Assembly (NCBI GenBank): GCA_964016885.1
Contig: OZ024749.1
Span: forward strand, 31,806,001-31,870,000
Source of the DNA: Eledone cirrhosa
Lineage: Eukaryota
DNA length: 64,000 nucleotides
Direction of reading: 5' to 3'
The translations under genes were made by a program, and so were the position numbers. Under the pieces are notes generated by a model that was given only the letters and a program-made list of their open reading frames with translations, had not been told where the DNA came from and made no database searches. Below, piece by piece: positions 25,803-41,652 of the stretch. The stretch's first letter is position 1. Each line of letters begins with the position of its first letter.

Positions 25803-26051
25803 TGCTCCCCATTAAATCCGGCCCTGCTCTATTCTGTCCAGAAACTAAGAAATGGCTCTGAACTGAACGCCTAACTCTACTAACTCTACCCATGACTCTT
25901 GCTGAATTAATCCGTATTCGGCAAATCAAACAGGGTCCCAACCTATCTTCCCAAACTTGGGATACGTAACCTGACCTCAACAGCCATAAAATGTAAAAAA
26001 CTGACTATGCGTTTCGACGCACTCATTTCAAATTTTCCAAATGTTTCTTAA

Positions 26052-26270
26052 CCCTTTAGCATCACATTACTTTATAATTACTATTACATTTTCATGGCAA
26101 AGGCTTTACCTCACAAAATTATCTCACATAATATCGAATCTATGAGATTTTGAAAGTATTTATTTTGAGAGCAATACCTTAACATCAGTTTGAGCGACCA
26201 GTTACAACCAGTTTCAACAGAAAGAGGTAGAGAATTCTGGCCGGTTTTGGCCGGTTTGAACATTAAAAGG
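26052..26270. mobile_element. piggyBac-type MITE
   Basis: TTAA-ccctttagcat ... cattaaaagg-TTAA. Confidence 0.6.
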
Positions 26271-26760
26271 TTAAGTCAAAATCTTTGCTTACACTTCAAG
26301 CTCCTGGCTTTAAAATCATCTAAAAAGACGAAACTGATGGCTAATGGTTTCCGACCATAGTCGCTATCGTATTCGCCTGACCTCCGACATATTATCATAA
26401 TGTACCTGTATTTTCTCAACTAATATGTATTGTAATCAATTATTATAAGTTATTGTTTTGGGGGAGGGTCATGTTGTCATAATATTACTAAAACAAGAAA
26501 GAAAAAAATAGTAAAACACATTCGTTCTTTGGTGTGGTTTTCGCTTCAGTATATTTTTATAATTTTATAAATAATTTAGCAATCAATATTTAACATTGAT
26601 TGTCCAACAGTTAAACGTATAAATATAAATATAACTAACTGGTGGTCAATCAATGATAAACATTGATTGCCAGCTAAAGTATTTATAAAAATATAAAAAT
26701 ATACTGAATCGAAAAACCAAACTAAACAGTGAATATGTTTTACAATATATATATATATAT

Positions 26761-26903
26761 ATTTCTGAAGACGGCATATATGTGTGTTTGGTATGTATAT
26801 TTAATCTTGATAGTTTGTATAATTTTGTATAATTTTGTACATAGATCTGTTGAATATGCATGCCAATTCTAACACATATATATCCTAGAAACGATCGTTA
26901 AAT
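26761..26903 (+). ncRNA. Hammerhead with a stem II of about 115 nt (family G)
   Basis: ATTT-CTGAAGA-[long hairpin]-GAA-ACGATCGT-T-AAAT; the 3' tail recurs at 27870-28010. Confidence 0.75.
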
Positions 26904-27246
26904 AATGAACTTTTTTTGTTTAATATAAGGAACTGTTTCATTGTTTTATTCATTATTTGTTTAATATTTTATCTTGACTCTGTATTCCGTTTATCTTTCA
27001 CCGAAAGTGATTTTTCATTACATCTCTTCTTTCCATGATATCCGGAATACATTGAGTTCTTCATACGGATTGGACACTACCGTAAACTCTTGTTAGATTT
27101 ATCTACATATATATATATATATATATAGAATGGAAAACGAAAAATCAGTGATGAATCGGAACTCAATTTATTCCTCGGACACGTCTATTGCTTTCGGATC
27201 ATATCCACTTGATCCTCTTGATCCTCTTGATCCGAAATTAATAGAC

Positions 27247-27334
27247 GTGTCCGAGGAATCTGCGAGTCTAGGATCAGGTCGATCCACACACGGATCGCAC
27301 CTCGAGCTGTTCGCCGGGGAAACAATTGTAACAC
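27247..27334 (+). ncRNA. Hammerhead-like motif with variant core CCGAGGA (family H) in a fold-back insert 27128-27460
   Basis: GTGT-CCGAGGA-about 60 nt-GAA-ACAATTGT-A-ACAC. Confidence 0.6.
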
Positions 27335-27456
27335 ACAATAAATTGAGTTCTGATGCATCACTGATTTTTCGTTTTCCATTCCATAATACTCTGCTCCGTA
27401 GGAGCATAGAGTGCTCGACCGGCGTACCGCCTATGGAAGCATCTTAGCTACCATGA

Positions 27457-27499
<43 letters not shown>

Positions 27500-27599
27500 C
27501 GAAGGAAATGTGGTAAGGAACCAGGTGGACCATAACGCACCAAAGTCCAGAATTAGCCGTCGAAACGGCTTGAGCTCAGCTGTCGGGGTCTTACTGGTT

Positions 27600-27640
<41 letters not shown>

Positions 27641-28006
27641 CAACAAAGAAAGTGTAGTAGGGAACCAAGTGGAACATAACGCAGCAGAGTACTCGATACT
27701 TAGGATAGTAGAGTGGGTAATAGGAAAAGAGTCAGGACCCGATGGCTGAGCTCCGGCCTTATCGACAGTTTGATCCGAACTTCGGATCTAGCTGTCGAAA
27801 CGGCCGAAGCTCAGCCGCCGGGGTCCTACTCTTTTCCTATATATATATATTGTTTTTATTTATTGCTTTTATTAATTTATCTTGACTCTGTTTTCCTGTG
27901 AATTTCATCGAACATTTTTGAATGCATCTTCTCTTTTCATGATATTTGGATTACATTGAGTTCTTCATACGGATTGGACACTACCGTATATTTTGGTAGA
28001 TTTATC

Positions 28007-28064
<58 letters not shown>

Positions 28065-28598
28065 CAGAATTTAAAACAACATGACCTTCCCAAAATACAA
28101 CAATATATGTTTCAACACACGATTTCATATTAAAAAAAACCTTGCAAAACAAACGAATCGCCGCCATAATTATTATAACGTTTAATCTTTTAAATTATGA
28201 CTAGATGATCAGGCAAGCAGAAGGTTTCGTAATAATGTTTGGTTGAGCAAGGCTGACAACAACAACAACAACAACTAGATAAGCAACAATAACAACAACA
28301 ATCGCAGCAAGTCATTAACATCATTAATACGACCGTTATAAAAAGGATTATAATTTCATTGATGGGGAAACAATATTAGGCATTGTGTGTAGAAGAGCAA
28401 CAAATCTCGAGAAAATAAAGACATTTCTTTTATTCTGGTCACGCGTCGATAATGCCACACACACGCACACACGCACACACACGCACACACACAAAGATCC
28501 ACACTCATATATGTGTGTGTGTATGTATATATATATATATATATATTTATACAGATATACACATATGTATATATATATATTCACACATACACACACAC

Positions 28599-28684
<86 letters not shown>

Positions 28685-28685
28685 G

Positions 28686-28746
<61 letters not shown>

Positions 28747-28775
28747 GATATATAAATGTATATATATATATATAA

Positions 28776-28837
<62 letters not shown>

Positions 28838-28952
28838 AGTATATATATATATATGTATATGTGTGTGTACTTTGATAAGTTTTTATGGTAACAAAGAAAC
28901 AATGCTTCTCTCATCACGACTTGGTAACAGGATGATTTAATTCTCTGTGAGC

Positions 28953-29045
<93 letters not shown>

Positions 29046-29083
29046 TATATATATGCATATATATACATTTATATATATATATA

Positions 29084-29128
<45 letters not shown>

Positions 29129-29211
29129 ATATATATATGTATGTATGTATATATATATATATGCATATATATATGTATATATATATATATACATTTATAT
29201 ATATATATATC

Positions 29212-29253
<42 letters not shown>

Positions 29254-29313
29254 CGTGTGTGTATATATATGCATATATATATACATTTATATATATATAT
29301 GTATGTATATATA

Positions 29314-29371
<58 letters not shown>

Positions 29372-29635
29372 TATACATTTATATATATGTATGTATATAT
29401 ATATATGTATATATATATTTATATATATATAAATATATATAGATGTATATATATATACATTTATATATATACATGTATGTACAGACACACACATATCTAT
29501 ATATATAGAGAGAGATAGATAGATGTGTGTGCGTATATACGTATATATATGTATATATAAGTGGGTATATATATTTATATACATATAACATAGATATATA
29601 GATATATACGCGTATACATACCTACACGAATAGAT

Positions 29636-29715
<80 letters not shown>

Positions 29716-29984
29716 GTAAATATATATATATACATACATGCATGCATGCAGGCATATATGCATACATCCACGCATATATACATACATATATTCATACAGA
29801 AGACCAGATATATGGTACAAACTTACGGGGTATATTTTCGGGAGCAAAGAACAAAAAAACTTGATCTTCTCTATTAAGATAACAAACTATAAGACAATTG
29901 TTAATTTTTTCTTGTTTTTCATTCCCTATTCGGTGTAGAATATCTACACTCATATATATGTGTGTGTATACATACATACATATA

Positions 29985-30060
<76 letters not shown>

Positions 30061-30131
30061 CGTGGAGAGAGAGAAAGAGAAAGAGAGATAGAAATAGATA
30101 TATGTATGAATATATGAATAAACATGCAACC

Positions 30132-30180
<49 letters not shown>

Positions 30181-30353
30181 GTGCAATGAGTTCAAATCTC
30201 AAGCATTCCTTTACAATGAAAATAGCTCAAAGAAAAGAATATTTCTGAGCCGGGTAATGAATATAATTCAATATATATGATGAAACACAGATACCAACAT
30301 ATCTTTGTTTATATTGCAAAAGGAATTAAGTTAGCTAGAATGAAATATACTAA

Positions 30354-30397
<44 letters not shown>

Positions 30398-30680
30398 ATA
30401 TTAATAAATGGAAACTATATTTAGAAAACCATATTTATGTTATTATACATATTTCAAGGACAACGAAGGTAAATTATGGTGCGCCTTCATCAGATAAAAA
30501 AAATACAGATTTGGTTTATAAATAAATACTGACACACAGGGAAAAAAGACAACCCTAACGGTTGGAGCTTCCTGGATATCCTGAAGCTCCAACCGTTAAG
30601 GTTGTCTATCCAGGAAGCTCCAACCGTTAGGGTTGTCTTTTTTTCCGGGTATGTCAGTATTTATTTATAAACCAAATCTG

Positions 30681-30746
30681 TATTTTATCTGATGAAGGCA
30701 CACCATAATTTACCTTCGTTGTCCTTGAAATATGTATAATAAAATA
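30681..30746 (+). ncRNA. Hammerhead (family F); inverted copy at about 30434-30500
   Basis: TATTTTAT-CTGATGA-AGG...CCTT-GAA-ATATGTAT-A-ATAAAATA, within a hairpin insert at about 30395-30785. Confidence 0.75.
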
Positions 30747-30870
30747 AATATGGTTTTATAAATATAGTTTCCATTTATTAATATATTATGTATTTACTCC
30801 ACTAACTTGTTGAGTGCTTTATATCAGTTATTTTAAGCTTATTGAAGGCCAACAAATTAAATACAACCTC

Positions 30871-30975
<105 letters not shown>

Positions 30976-31067
30976 GGAGAGAGAGAGAAAGAGAGAGTGA
31001 GTGTGAGTGAGAGGGCGTAAGAGAGATAGAAATAGATATATGTATGAATATATGAATATACATGCAA

Positions 31068-31141
<74 letters not shown>

Positions 31142-31289
31142 ATATATATATATATATTGTGAATTTTTACTGATATTTTATGTGTGTACATAATATTTTA
31201 TAAACATATGCAATATATATAACCCTGAAGGATACGAGTGTTAATATCATATACACACAAATATACTCACACATACACACAGGCATATG

Positions 31290-31361
<72 letters not shown>

Positions 31362-31433
31362 TATAGATGTACATACCTATCTAAAAAATACATATACATA
31401 AATATATATACATATAAACGTATATATATATAC

Positions 31434-31518
<85 letters not shown>

Positions 31519-31630
31519 AGGCTTAGCTCTGTTTCTCGACCGTTATATCGCGTGACTATCTCCCCCTCCGCCTTTTGGGATTCTTTCTCACGTCGTGTAG
31601 ACGCGTTCTTGAGACTAGTAAAATGAGGTA

Positions 31631-31720
31631 TCCTCTTGATAAGTCGGCAGACCTCGCAAGGACCCTATATCTTTATGATATATTGTTTTTGTTTATGCCA
31701 CGAAACTACGTAGTCGAGGA
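31631..31720 (+). ncRNA. Hammerhead relic (family I), core mutated to TTGATAA
   Basis: TCCTC-TTGATAA-GTCGGCA...TGCCAC-GAA-ACTACGTAGT-C-GAGGA. Confidence 0.7.
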
Positions 31721-31961
31721 ATTTAGGAGCAGTTTAGGTATGATACATTTTATTACTAATTATATCTAAATGTTTCTTCTCTCTTCATAATGTATTTTTA
31801 ACTCTGATACTGGTTCAGTCTAGTTCAACTGAATTGGTCTGTCCCAGTCATTCACTGAGCAACATCGGTGAAGTTGGCACCCTTAACTCACAGTTGGGTG
31901 CGGATGCATTCATGTATATATGTGTGTGTCCGCATGTATCTGTGTGTTTCTAAATATATTG

Positions 31962-31998
<37 letters not shown>

Positions 31999-32382
31999 TT
32001 CACATCGATATACAAAATACTGACTCATATAAAAGTGGCCACGCGTGTTTGTGTAAGTTTTAGAACTATGTATGTATGCATATATGTATGTAACTATGTA
32101 TGTATGTATGCATATATGTATGTATCTATGTATGTATGTATGCATATATGTATGTATCTATGTATGTATGTATGTATGCATATATGTATGTATCTATGTA
32201 TGTATGCATATATGTATGTATCTATGTATGTATGTATGTATGAATATATGTATGTATGTATATATTAATATAGACATGCCGAAATACATATGGACGATCA
32301 GAAATGTTCTTTATACATTATATACCAAAACCCCGAAGAATGGTTGTGTTAAATGTTTTTTCATACGTCCATATACATTAAT

Positions 32383-32497
<115 letters not shown>

Positions 32498-32543
32498 CAG
32501 TATATATATATATACATATATGTACACGAAAATATATATTAAA

Positions 32544-32619
<76 letters not shown>

Positions 32620-32633
32620 AAAATATATGTAAA

Positions 32634-32670
<37 letters not shown>

Positions 32671-32701
32671 AATTATATGTATATACACATACATACATAC
32701 T

Positions 32702-32754
<53 letters not shown>

Positions 32755-32848
32755 ATATGTATATATGTATATATGTATATATATATACATATATGTATAT
32801 ATACATATATGTATATATATATATGTATATATGTATATATATATACAG

Positions 32849-32921
<73 letters not shown>

Positions 32922-32932
32922 CATACATACTT

Positions 32933-32991
<59 letters not shown>

Positions 32992-33372
32992 CATATATAT
33001 ATAACTATATATATATACACGCGCATATATATCTTTATATATTGAATCATGCTTCGTTCCAAACTCATTTTTACGTGAAAGTAACACAATAACAAGTATA
33101 GAGACAATAGATTAATAATTTGTATAAATTGTACTCTAATACGATCTCGTGACTAACTGAGCCCTTGCTAATCGTTATATAACAAAGCAATACAATACTC
33201 TATTACCGCCATCTTTAATGTCTGACATCTTGCCAGCCTTATTCACTTTTGTCCATATAAGTCATACATTCTCTTCTCTATATTCTGTTTGTCTTTGCTT
33301 TGTTTCCCTCTTCTTAATGTTACTTGGAATTCTTTATGTGTATTAATTGTTATTGATTTTCCTATATATATA

Positions 33373-33426
<54 letters not shown>

Positions 33427-33610
33427 GTATATATATATATGTATATGATATATATATATATATATACATATAGTATATATATATATGTATATGATATATA
33501 TATATATATATACATATAGTATATATACATATATATACATATATAGTATATATACATATATATATATACATATATAGTATATATACATATACATATATAT
33601 GTATAAAAAT

Positions 33611-33652
<42 letters not shown>

Positions 33653-33817
33653 CATACATATATATATGTATATATATATACATATATATATATATGTATA
33701 TATATATATACATACATATATATATATACATATAGTGTATATATATATATAGTATATATATATATATGTATATGACATATACATATATATATATGTATAT
33801 ATGCATATATATAAATA

Positions 33818-33857
<40 letters not shown>

Positions 33858-33910
33858 CATATATATATATATATGTATGTATATGTAGTATATATGTGTG
33901 TGTAGGTGTT

Positions 33911-33953
<43 letters not shown>

Positions 33954-35257
33954 GCATTTAAACATATATTGATTACTTTTATTACTTGTCTTTATGTTTT
34001 GTTGTAAAAACCAGAATGTTTTTTATTGTGGTGTTGGTGTCGTATTGTTTGTGGTTGTGGTTGTGGTTGTGGTAGTGTCGTGTTGTTTGTGGTAGTGGTA
34101 AGCACAGCGCCCCATTGGCCAGGGAAGAGTGGACGCATCTTCCTGCTAAAAACAATTTTTTTCCTCCTTCAGAGCCCAAGTAAGGGGCCTCATAACTTAA
34201 CTCGCACAGGGACTAATTTATCCTAAAACCGGCACTGTACATTTTTTTTTTTTCAGAATTTGTCAAATTTATCTTTATGAAGCTGTTATATTGGCAGCAT
34301 GTTCTCTCTAAGTGAAGAACTCATTTTCTTTTTTAACCTGGGAGTGAAAGGCCCCCAGTTGTTGTCATAACACCTTCCTGAGATAGGGAAACTCTGAAGA
34401 AAAAACGTGCGGCTTCAGAAGCATCCGGTAATGTTTACCGGTTCTCCTTTTCAGCTAGTGTTTTCGATGCTCAGAGAGTGGGATTGGTCGAGTGCAAGGC
34501 CTTTCCCCACTTAAAAAAACCTTCAAAGCACAGTCATTGCTTGTTCAGGATATGTTACAGTTTTGTGTGGCTGCCCATAGCCTAAAGGTGCACCATTTTC
34601 TGTAATCTGACAAGCGATTGCAATACTCTTAGCAGAGTTTGCAGCCATCATGCATGTATGTACGTACGTACATGTGTATGTATATGTGCATGCATGTATG
34701 TATATATGTATGCATGTATGCCTGAATGTATGTATACATGTATGTATGTATATATTTTACGTATATATGTAAATATGTATGTATATATACATGTATATAT
34801 GCATGTATGTATATGCATGTATGTATGCATGTGTGTATATATGTATGTATATGTTTGTATATATGTATACATGTGTGTATATATGTATGTATATATACAT
34901 GTATATATGCATGTATGTATATGCATGTATGTATGCATGTGTGTATATATGTATGTATATGTTTGTATATATGTATACATGTGTGTATATATGTATGTAT
35001 ATGTTTGTATATATGTATACATCTATGTATTATGTATATATTTTATGCATATAGGTATGTATGACTGTCGCTTATGTTAACGAAAAATAAAATAACTTAA
35101 AGACATAGAAACCAACTTGAACTACACATAAATGTTTCTTGTCAGCGTCTACAAATGACTAGGAACATTTTAATGGCGGTTTTACTGACTTGTGATATTT
35201 TAAAAACTATTATTTTCGGCGTATCGCTTACTTTTTATTATTTACTACTTTCAAGGA

Positions 35258-36120
35258 CGTTGGATTGGTAATATCGGTAGAGCGTCGGTCAAAATACTTT
35301 GCAGTATCTAGAGTTTGCAGTATTCCGAGTTCAATCCCGCTGAGGCTGGCTTTGCTTTTCATCCTTACAGGGTCGGTAAAATAAAATACCAGTAACGCAC
35401 TGGGGTCGATTTAATCGACTTTCCCCTACCCCCAAATTGTTGGCTTTGTACCTAAATCAAAGACCATTATTTACTACGTGGATTGGCAGTATCGGTAGAG
35501 AGTCGGACGCCATGCTTTCCAGCATAGTTACGTCCCTTTACGGTCTGAGTTCAAATCCCGCCGAGGTTTACTTTACCTTTCATCCTTACGGGGTCGATAA
35601 AATAAAGTACCAGTAATGCACTGGGTAATTGCTGGCCTTGTGCCTAAAGTCGAAACAATTATTTACTACTTTTAAGGGCGGTGGATTAGCAGTATCGGTA
35701 GAGCTTCCTACACAATGCCACAGAGCTTTGCGGCATACAGTTACGGCCCTTTAGGTTCTGTGTTCAAATCACGCAGGGGTTAGCTTAAAGTACTAATAAC
35801 GCACTGGGGTTGATTTAATCAACTTTTACCCCAAATTTGTCAGCCTTGTGCCTAAATAAGAAACTATCAGCTACTGTTTTCAGCGTGGTGATGCATCGTC
35901 CGCCATGCTTTGACACATAGAGTTACGGCCCTTTACGTTCCGAGTTCAATTCCTGCCGGGGTTAGCTTTGCCTTTCATCCTTACGGGGTCGATAAAATAA
36001 AGTACCAGTAATGCACTGGGTAATTACTGGCCTTGTGCCAAAAGTAGAAACAATTATTTACTGAGTACCAGTAATGCACTGGGGTAATTGCTGGCCTAAT
36101 GCGAAAAGTAGAAATCATTA
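35258..36120 (+). mobile_element. Cluster of about 4 SINE copies
   Basis: Consensus matches. Confidence 0.85.
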
Positions 36121-36613
36121 TTTAGTGAGTGCAGAGTCGGAACAAATACCGCAAGGCATTCGATGCAACATTCTAACGGCTCTTACACCGCCACGTGAAG
36201 GACATATCCCTTCATATTTCTTACCCCCACTTTGTGCGGGCTTGTGCGTCTATTTAACCCATAGTCAGGAGTGGACGGCCGTTGACTCTGAGGAGTCCAC
36301 CCACCCTTTTTAACAGCTTTTGTTTTTGTGGTGCTTGGGTTCCTCGTACCCTCTTCACCAGACCAGAGTCTGATGAGGGAGAAAATTTAGTGAACGACCA
36401 TTCGACTATAAAGCAGGTTGACCTGGGTTACTTGGTACCAGTAACAGGCAAAAGTCTGACTTCACCAGATCAGGGTCTGTGGGTGAAGCCAGTTTAGTCT
36501 CCGGCCACTCGACCATGAGGTGGGTTGTACCAGGTTACATGGTAACAGTAGTAGCAAGGGCATCGCCTGACAATAATATAAGGTTTATTAAGAACTAAAT
36601 ACCATTTTTACAG

Positions 36614-36735
36614 GTGGAACTCCATATCAAAGAACATGAAGAACTTTCAAAGTGTGTTTCGAAACTAGAAAATGAGAATTTGAAGAACATGCAGAAGTTA
36701 TTTGAAATAAACTCAAATGATTTAAGAATACCAAG
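36614..36735 (+). CDS. CCDC83: CCDC83-like exon 7 (VELHIKEHEELSKCVSKLENENLKNMQKLFEINSNDLRIP)
   Basis: tttttacag| acceptor, AG|GTAAAT donor, phase 0 to 2; matches recalled 'IAIHRKEVEEL...LEAENL...DLKIPR'. Confidence 0.85.
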
Positions 36736-37034
36736 GTAAATATTGATATGTAGATACATATATATACATACATATATATATACACACACACACACATTAT
36801 ATATGGGACGAGGTGGTAAAAACTGACCTTTCTCACCTACACCTCTCTAAGACAATGACACTGGATCGAGACCTTTGGCGCCATGCAGTTGAACAGAAGA
36901 CCCTACTGCCATTGCATACAAACCTACAGTCAGTAAACACCTCTTAACCCAATGTCCACCCCCCACATCCTACCCCTTCCTCCCTCACCCGTTCCGTCCA
37001 CTGTGTGGTGGCCGTGTTGGAGACATGGTGAAAA

Positions 37035-37208
37035 GGCTCCCAGTCCACACTGTAAATGTGATTGATGTTAGGAAGGGCATCCAGCTGTAAAAAAACCTGC
37101 CAGAGACGCATCCGTGCGAGCGAGACGTGGTCTCCCGATCATTCCCGCATCAAATGGAACAAAACCGTCTAACCCATGCTAGCATGGAAGATGGATATTA
37201 AACGATGA
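37035..37208 (+). mobile_element. SINE 3' part with RTE-like tail
   Basis: gttaggaagggcatccagctgtaaaa...aacccatgctagcatggaa...ttaaacgatga. Confidence 0.6.
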
Positions 37209-37254
37209 TATATATATATATATATGCGTGTGTGTGGGGGGGGGGTATGTGTGA

Positions 37255-37295
<41 letters not shown>

Positions 37296-37472
37296 TGTGT
37301 GTGTGTGATTCATTGATCCATGTTATTCTTCACTCATTTACTATATATATATATATATATATATATATGGGGGGGGGGGGGTGTAAAAGGTAAACAGAAA
37401 TAACAACACAATCGGTACAGTTTATGGGAGGAATATATTAGGTTAATGTGCTTGAAATAGCAGGAAGAGGGA

Positions 37473-37506
37473 CTTAACGTTTCGGACACTAGACCTTCAT
37501 CAGAAG
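37473..37506 (-). ncRNA. Minimal Penelope-type hammerhead (family J)
   Basis: CTT-CTGATGA-AGGTCTAGTGTCC-GAA-ACGT-T-AAG. Confidence 0.75.
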
Positions 37507-38339
37507 AAAGAATGAGAAATAAAATAGAGTGAAGGAACGGACGAGGTGGAATTGGAAAAAATGTCTTTAGATAAAAATAACAGGTCCATTCATGTTGACA
37601 TCACTTATATATATGGTAATAATAATACATTTGAAGACTAAAATCCAAAGAGGGCTCGATAAGGGTGAAAGCAGTGATTCTTTGCTTAAACTTTAATCTG
37701 TTATTTTAATATATATATATAGGAACGAGTAGGACCCCGACGGCTGAGCTCAAGCCGTTTCGACGGCTAATTCTGGACGGCTAAGTCGAAACGGCTTGAG
37801 CTCAGCCCTCCGGGTCCTACTCGTTCCTATTACCCACTCTACTACCCTAAGTATTGAGTACTTTGGTGCGTTATGGTCCATCTGGTTCCTTACCACATTT
37901 CCTTCGTTATATATATATATATATATGGATACATATAGGTTTACAATGATTCGCTTTGTTCACGTTTTTTCAAACAACTCATTTGAACAATGCCGTTTGA
38001 CGACGAAATATCGAAATATATAACCGTCTGTAACGAATGTGTGTATATATATAAACAGATGAATCTTTAGCTGTTTTACCACCTCTCCCTATCTCTTTCA
38101 CACACATACTCTCACACAAACACTCGTACTCTCTCACACACAGAGTCATACACACACACACGCATACAACTATGAAGACGCGCGCGTGTGTGTGTGTGTG
38201 TATGCTTATTTTTGTTTCTTTTGCTTCTCCTCTGTCTGGGTATTTTTCTTTTTTCTTAATTATAAGAAACCGATCCCTAATCTGTCATGGCTTACCAGCT
38301 CTACCCGGTTATTGAAGTTGGTTATACACGTGATTAGAT

Positions 38340-38401
<62 letters not shown>

Positions 38402-38438
38402 TGTATGTGTATCATATGCATATATGTATATCTATCTA

Positions 38439-38576
<138 letters not shown>

Positions 38577-38627
38577 TGAACAGATATACATATATGCATA
38601 TGCTTATATGATACATATACACACACA

Positions 38628-38676
<49 letters not shown>

Positions 38677-38839
38677 ATGTATATATATATATATGTATGT
38701 ATATATACTCACATACATACATACATACTTACATACATACATACATACATACATACACACACACATACATACATACATACATACATTGAAGTCCATAAGA
38801 AATTGTACTTGTTTGATTGTTTTTTCCCCCTCTTAATAG

Positions 38840-38967
38840 CAATGGAAGCCTTAACCAATGTTCAGAATCGGACGACATGGAAACCAGATCCAGCGCAGTT
38901 GAAGTTGATTTAGCCAAAATAATTAATAATTGGTCCACTGCAATTGATATCAATGGCAAATCTAATG
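38840..38967 (+). CDS. CCDC83: Probable CCDC83-like exon 8 ([43 protein letters not shown])
   Basis: Strong pyrimidine tract ttttttccccctcttaatag|, open in the required phase 2, candidate donor G|GTAAAA; read-through would stop 7 codons later. Downstream exon(s) not identified. Confidence 0.6.
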
Positions 38968-39626
38968 GTAAAACTGTTATTAAATATTAGTTACTAGGAT
39001 TTTTTCAACACGCTGATGTGTATATGTATATGTGTGTGCATGTGTGTGTATGTGTGTGTATGTGCATATGAATATATTTATATGTATGTGTATATAAATA
39101 TAAACGTGTAAACACAGACATGGAATGCCAACCGCTGTTTTGCTATAGATTTTTCACTATCCCTTTCCTTTCTTTTACACACACATACATTCACAGACAC
39201 ACACACACACACAAATTATGTGACGGAAGGACGGATGGAAGTCGCTTAAATTTATATATGGATTTACTGGTCACTACGTGGCCAAATTTTTAGATGTCGG
39301 TTTCGTAATTATTGCCGTCTAGGATCGTCCAGGGATCGATCCCATTTGGTGACAGCTTGAATAGGTGTTATTTACCATATACAGACTTGTGTCGATCCAA
39401 GCTTTCTGTGGAGAATTGGGTAGAGAGAAATTGTGGAGAAGTCCCCTTCGGATCGACTGCCCAATCCAATCCTATCCAGGGCCTTCTCATGTCTGTTGAG
39501 GAAACCTATTCCCGGTTGACTTCCATCGCTTCCTGTTTGGCTCTGGTTATGTCTTCAGAGATGTAACAGTACTCAAACCGTTTGGCCAATTGCGGGTTAG
39601 TGAGGTCAACCTTGTCTTTCGTACTT

Positions 39627-39790
39627 TCATCATCATCATCATCATCATTTTACGTCCGCTTTTCCCTGCTTGCAAGGGTTGGACGGGTCCTATTCAGCAC
39701 AGCATCTCTCCACTTGTCACGGTCCTTCGTCATCTCCTCGGTGAGTTTCAGCAATCTGAGGTCTGCTCTCACCACCTCCTTTCGAGATTG
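39627..39790 (-). mobile_element. RTE LINE 3' end with (TGA)n tail
   Basis: ...VVRADLRLLKLTEEMTKDRDKWRDAV followed by (TGA)n. Confidence 0.75.
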
Positions 39791-40037
39791 ATAAAACAAA
39801 GTACTGGGGTAGATTCTTCCTCTATATCTCTTACTCGTTTTTCTCTCACCCACTTTCTATCTTTCTCTGGAAGAAATCTGCTGTACTCAGGCCTGGAAAG
39901 GGATGGGCACCGCCAGGTTAGAGTGCCCATGAAACGCCAGGCCTGGAAAGGGATGGGCTCCACCAGGTTAGAATGCCCATGAAACGCCGTATGTCAATAC
40001 GATGCCCCTACGATTCTATCAGGAGTTATGTATATAT

Positions 40038-40242
40038 AGAAGTGGTTACACAACAGTTAGTTCACCATACCTAGAACAATTGTTTCACTTTAGCGGATCC
40101 TCAGCTCGTAATACTGAGGATCCGCTAAGGTGAAACAATTGTTCTAGGTATGGTGAACTAACTGTTGTGTAACCACTTCTACCTAACTCGTCCCATGGAC
40201 TGAGTACTCTACCTATACGGATATTACCTTCCAGTGTTCTAC

Positions 40243-40250
<8 letters not shown>
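40038..40250. ncRNA. Family-B fold-back with back-to-back hammerhead cores
   Basis: - strand CGAG-CTGAGGA-TCCGCTAAAGT-GAA-ACAATTGT-T (40071-40108); + strand CTGAGGA-TCCGCTAAGGT-GAAACAATTGTT (40114-40143). Confidence 0.75.
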
Positions 40251-40332
<82 letters not shown>

Positions 40333-40447
40333 GTATATATAAATAATAAATATGTATATATATATGTATATATATATATATATATATGTGTATATATATA
40401 TATATATATATGTATATGTATATATATGTATATATAAATAATAAATT

Positions 40448-40494
<47 letters not shown>

Positions 40495-40534
40495 GTATAT
40501 GTATATATATATGTATATATAAATAATAAATATG

Positions 40535-40669
<135 letters not shown>

Positions 40670-40802
40670 ATATATATGTGTGTGTGTTTGTGTAAGGTTT
40701 AATATCGAAATAGCTCAAGGAATAGAACTGTTTCATTCAAAATAAATCGTCAGGAAACTTAATAACTGTGGTTACCCCCGATTGAACCCGGGACACAAAC
40801 AC

Positions 40803-40886
<84 letters not shown>

Positions 40887-41255
40887 GGGGAGACGTGAAC
40901 GTGAAAAGAATCGGAGTTAGTACGAGTCTGGTAATATATTCATTGGACCCGAAATGATAGAAGGAACTGGTACGTTTGTTGTAATTACGATCAAAATAGT
41001 GTGGGTTTAATGCTTACGATTATAATGACTGAGCTGTGTTGTGTCCTTAAGCAAAACACTTCGTTTTACTTCACTATAGTATAATCAGTAATAGCTGAGT
41101 ACAAGCAGTAGCTGGGAGGGTTTAACTATATTCTAATTACTATAAACCCCATTGTCATTTCAATAGAACATTCTAGATAATACTCTCGTCAACGTAACAG
41201 ATTCAAACATAATGTAACTACTTCACTTCTCATACACATACACACGTGCCTAATA

Positions 41256-41363
<108 letters not shown>

Positions 41364-41561
41364 ATATGTATAAGTGTATGTATGTAGATATACATTGGCG
41401 TCATAATTGGTGATTATGCTAAAGATATTTCGTTCCTAACAGTCTATCCACAACTTGACTATTTTGCATATATTTCTGATTTAATTGCCTGTTTCTCGCA
41501 TAATTTATTGCTCAGAATCATCATCAACAGCATCGTCATTATCATTGCAATTAGCATTATT

Positions 41562-41594
<33 letters not shown>

Positions 41595-41652
41595 GTCGTC
41601 CTCGTCATTGGACAATGCTTTTAACAATAGATGTACTTAGTCACTGCTGACT

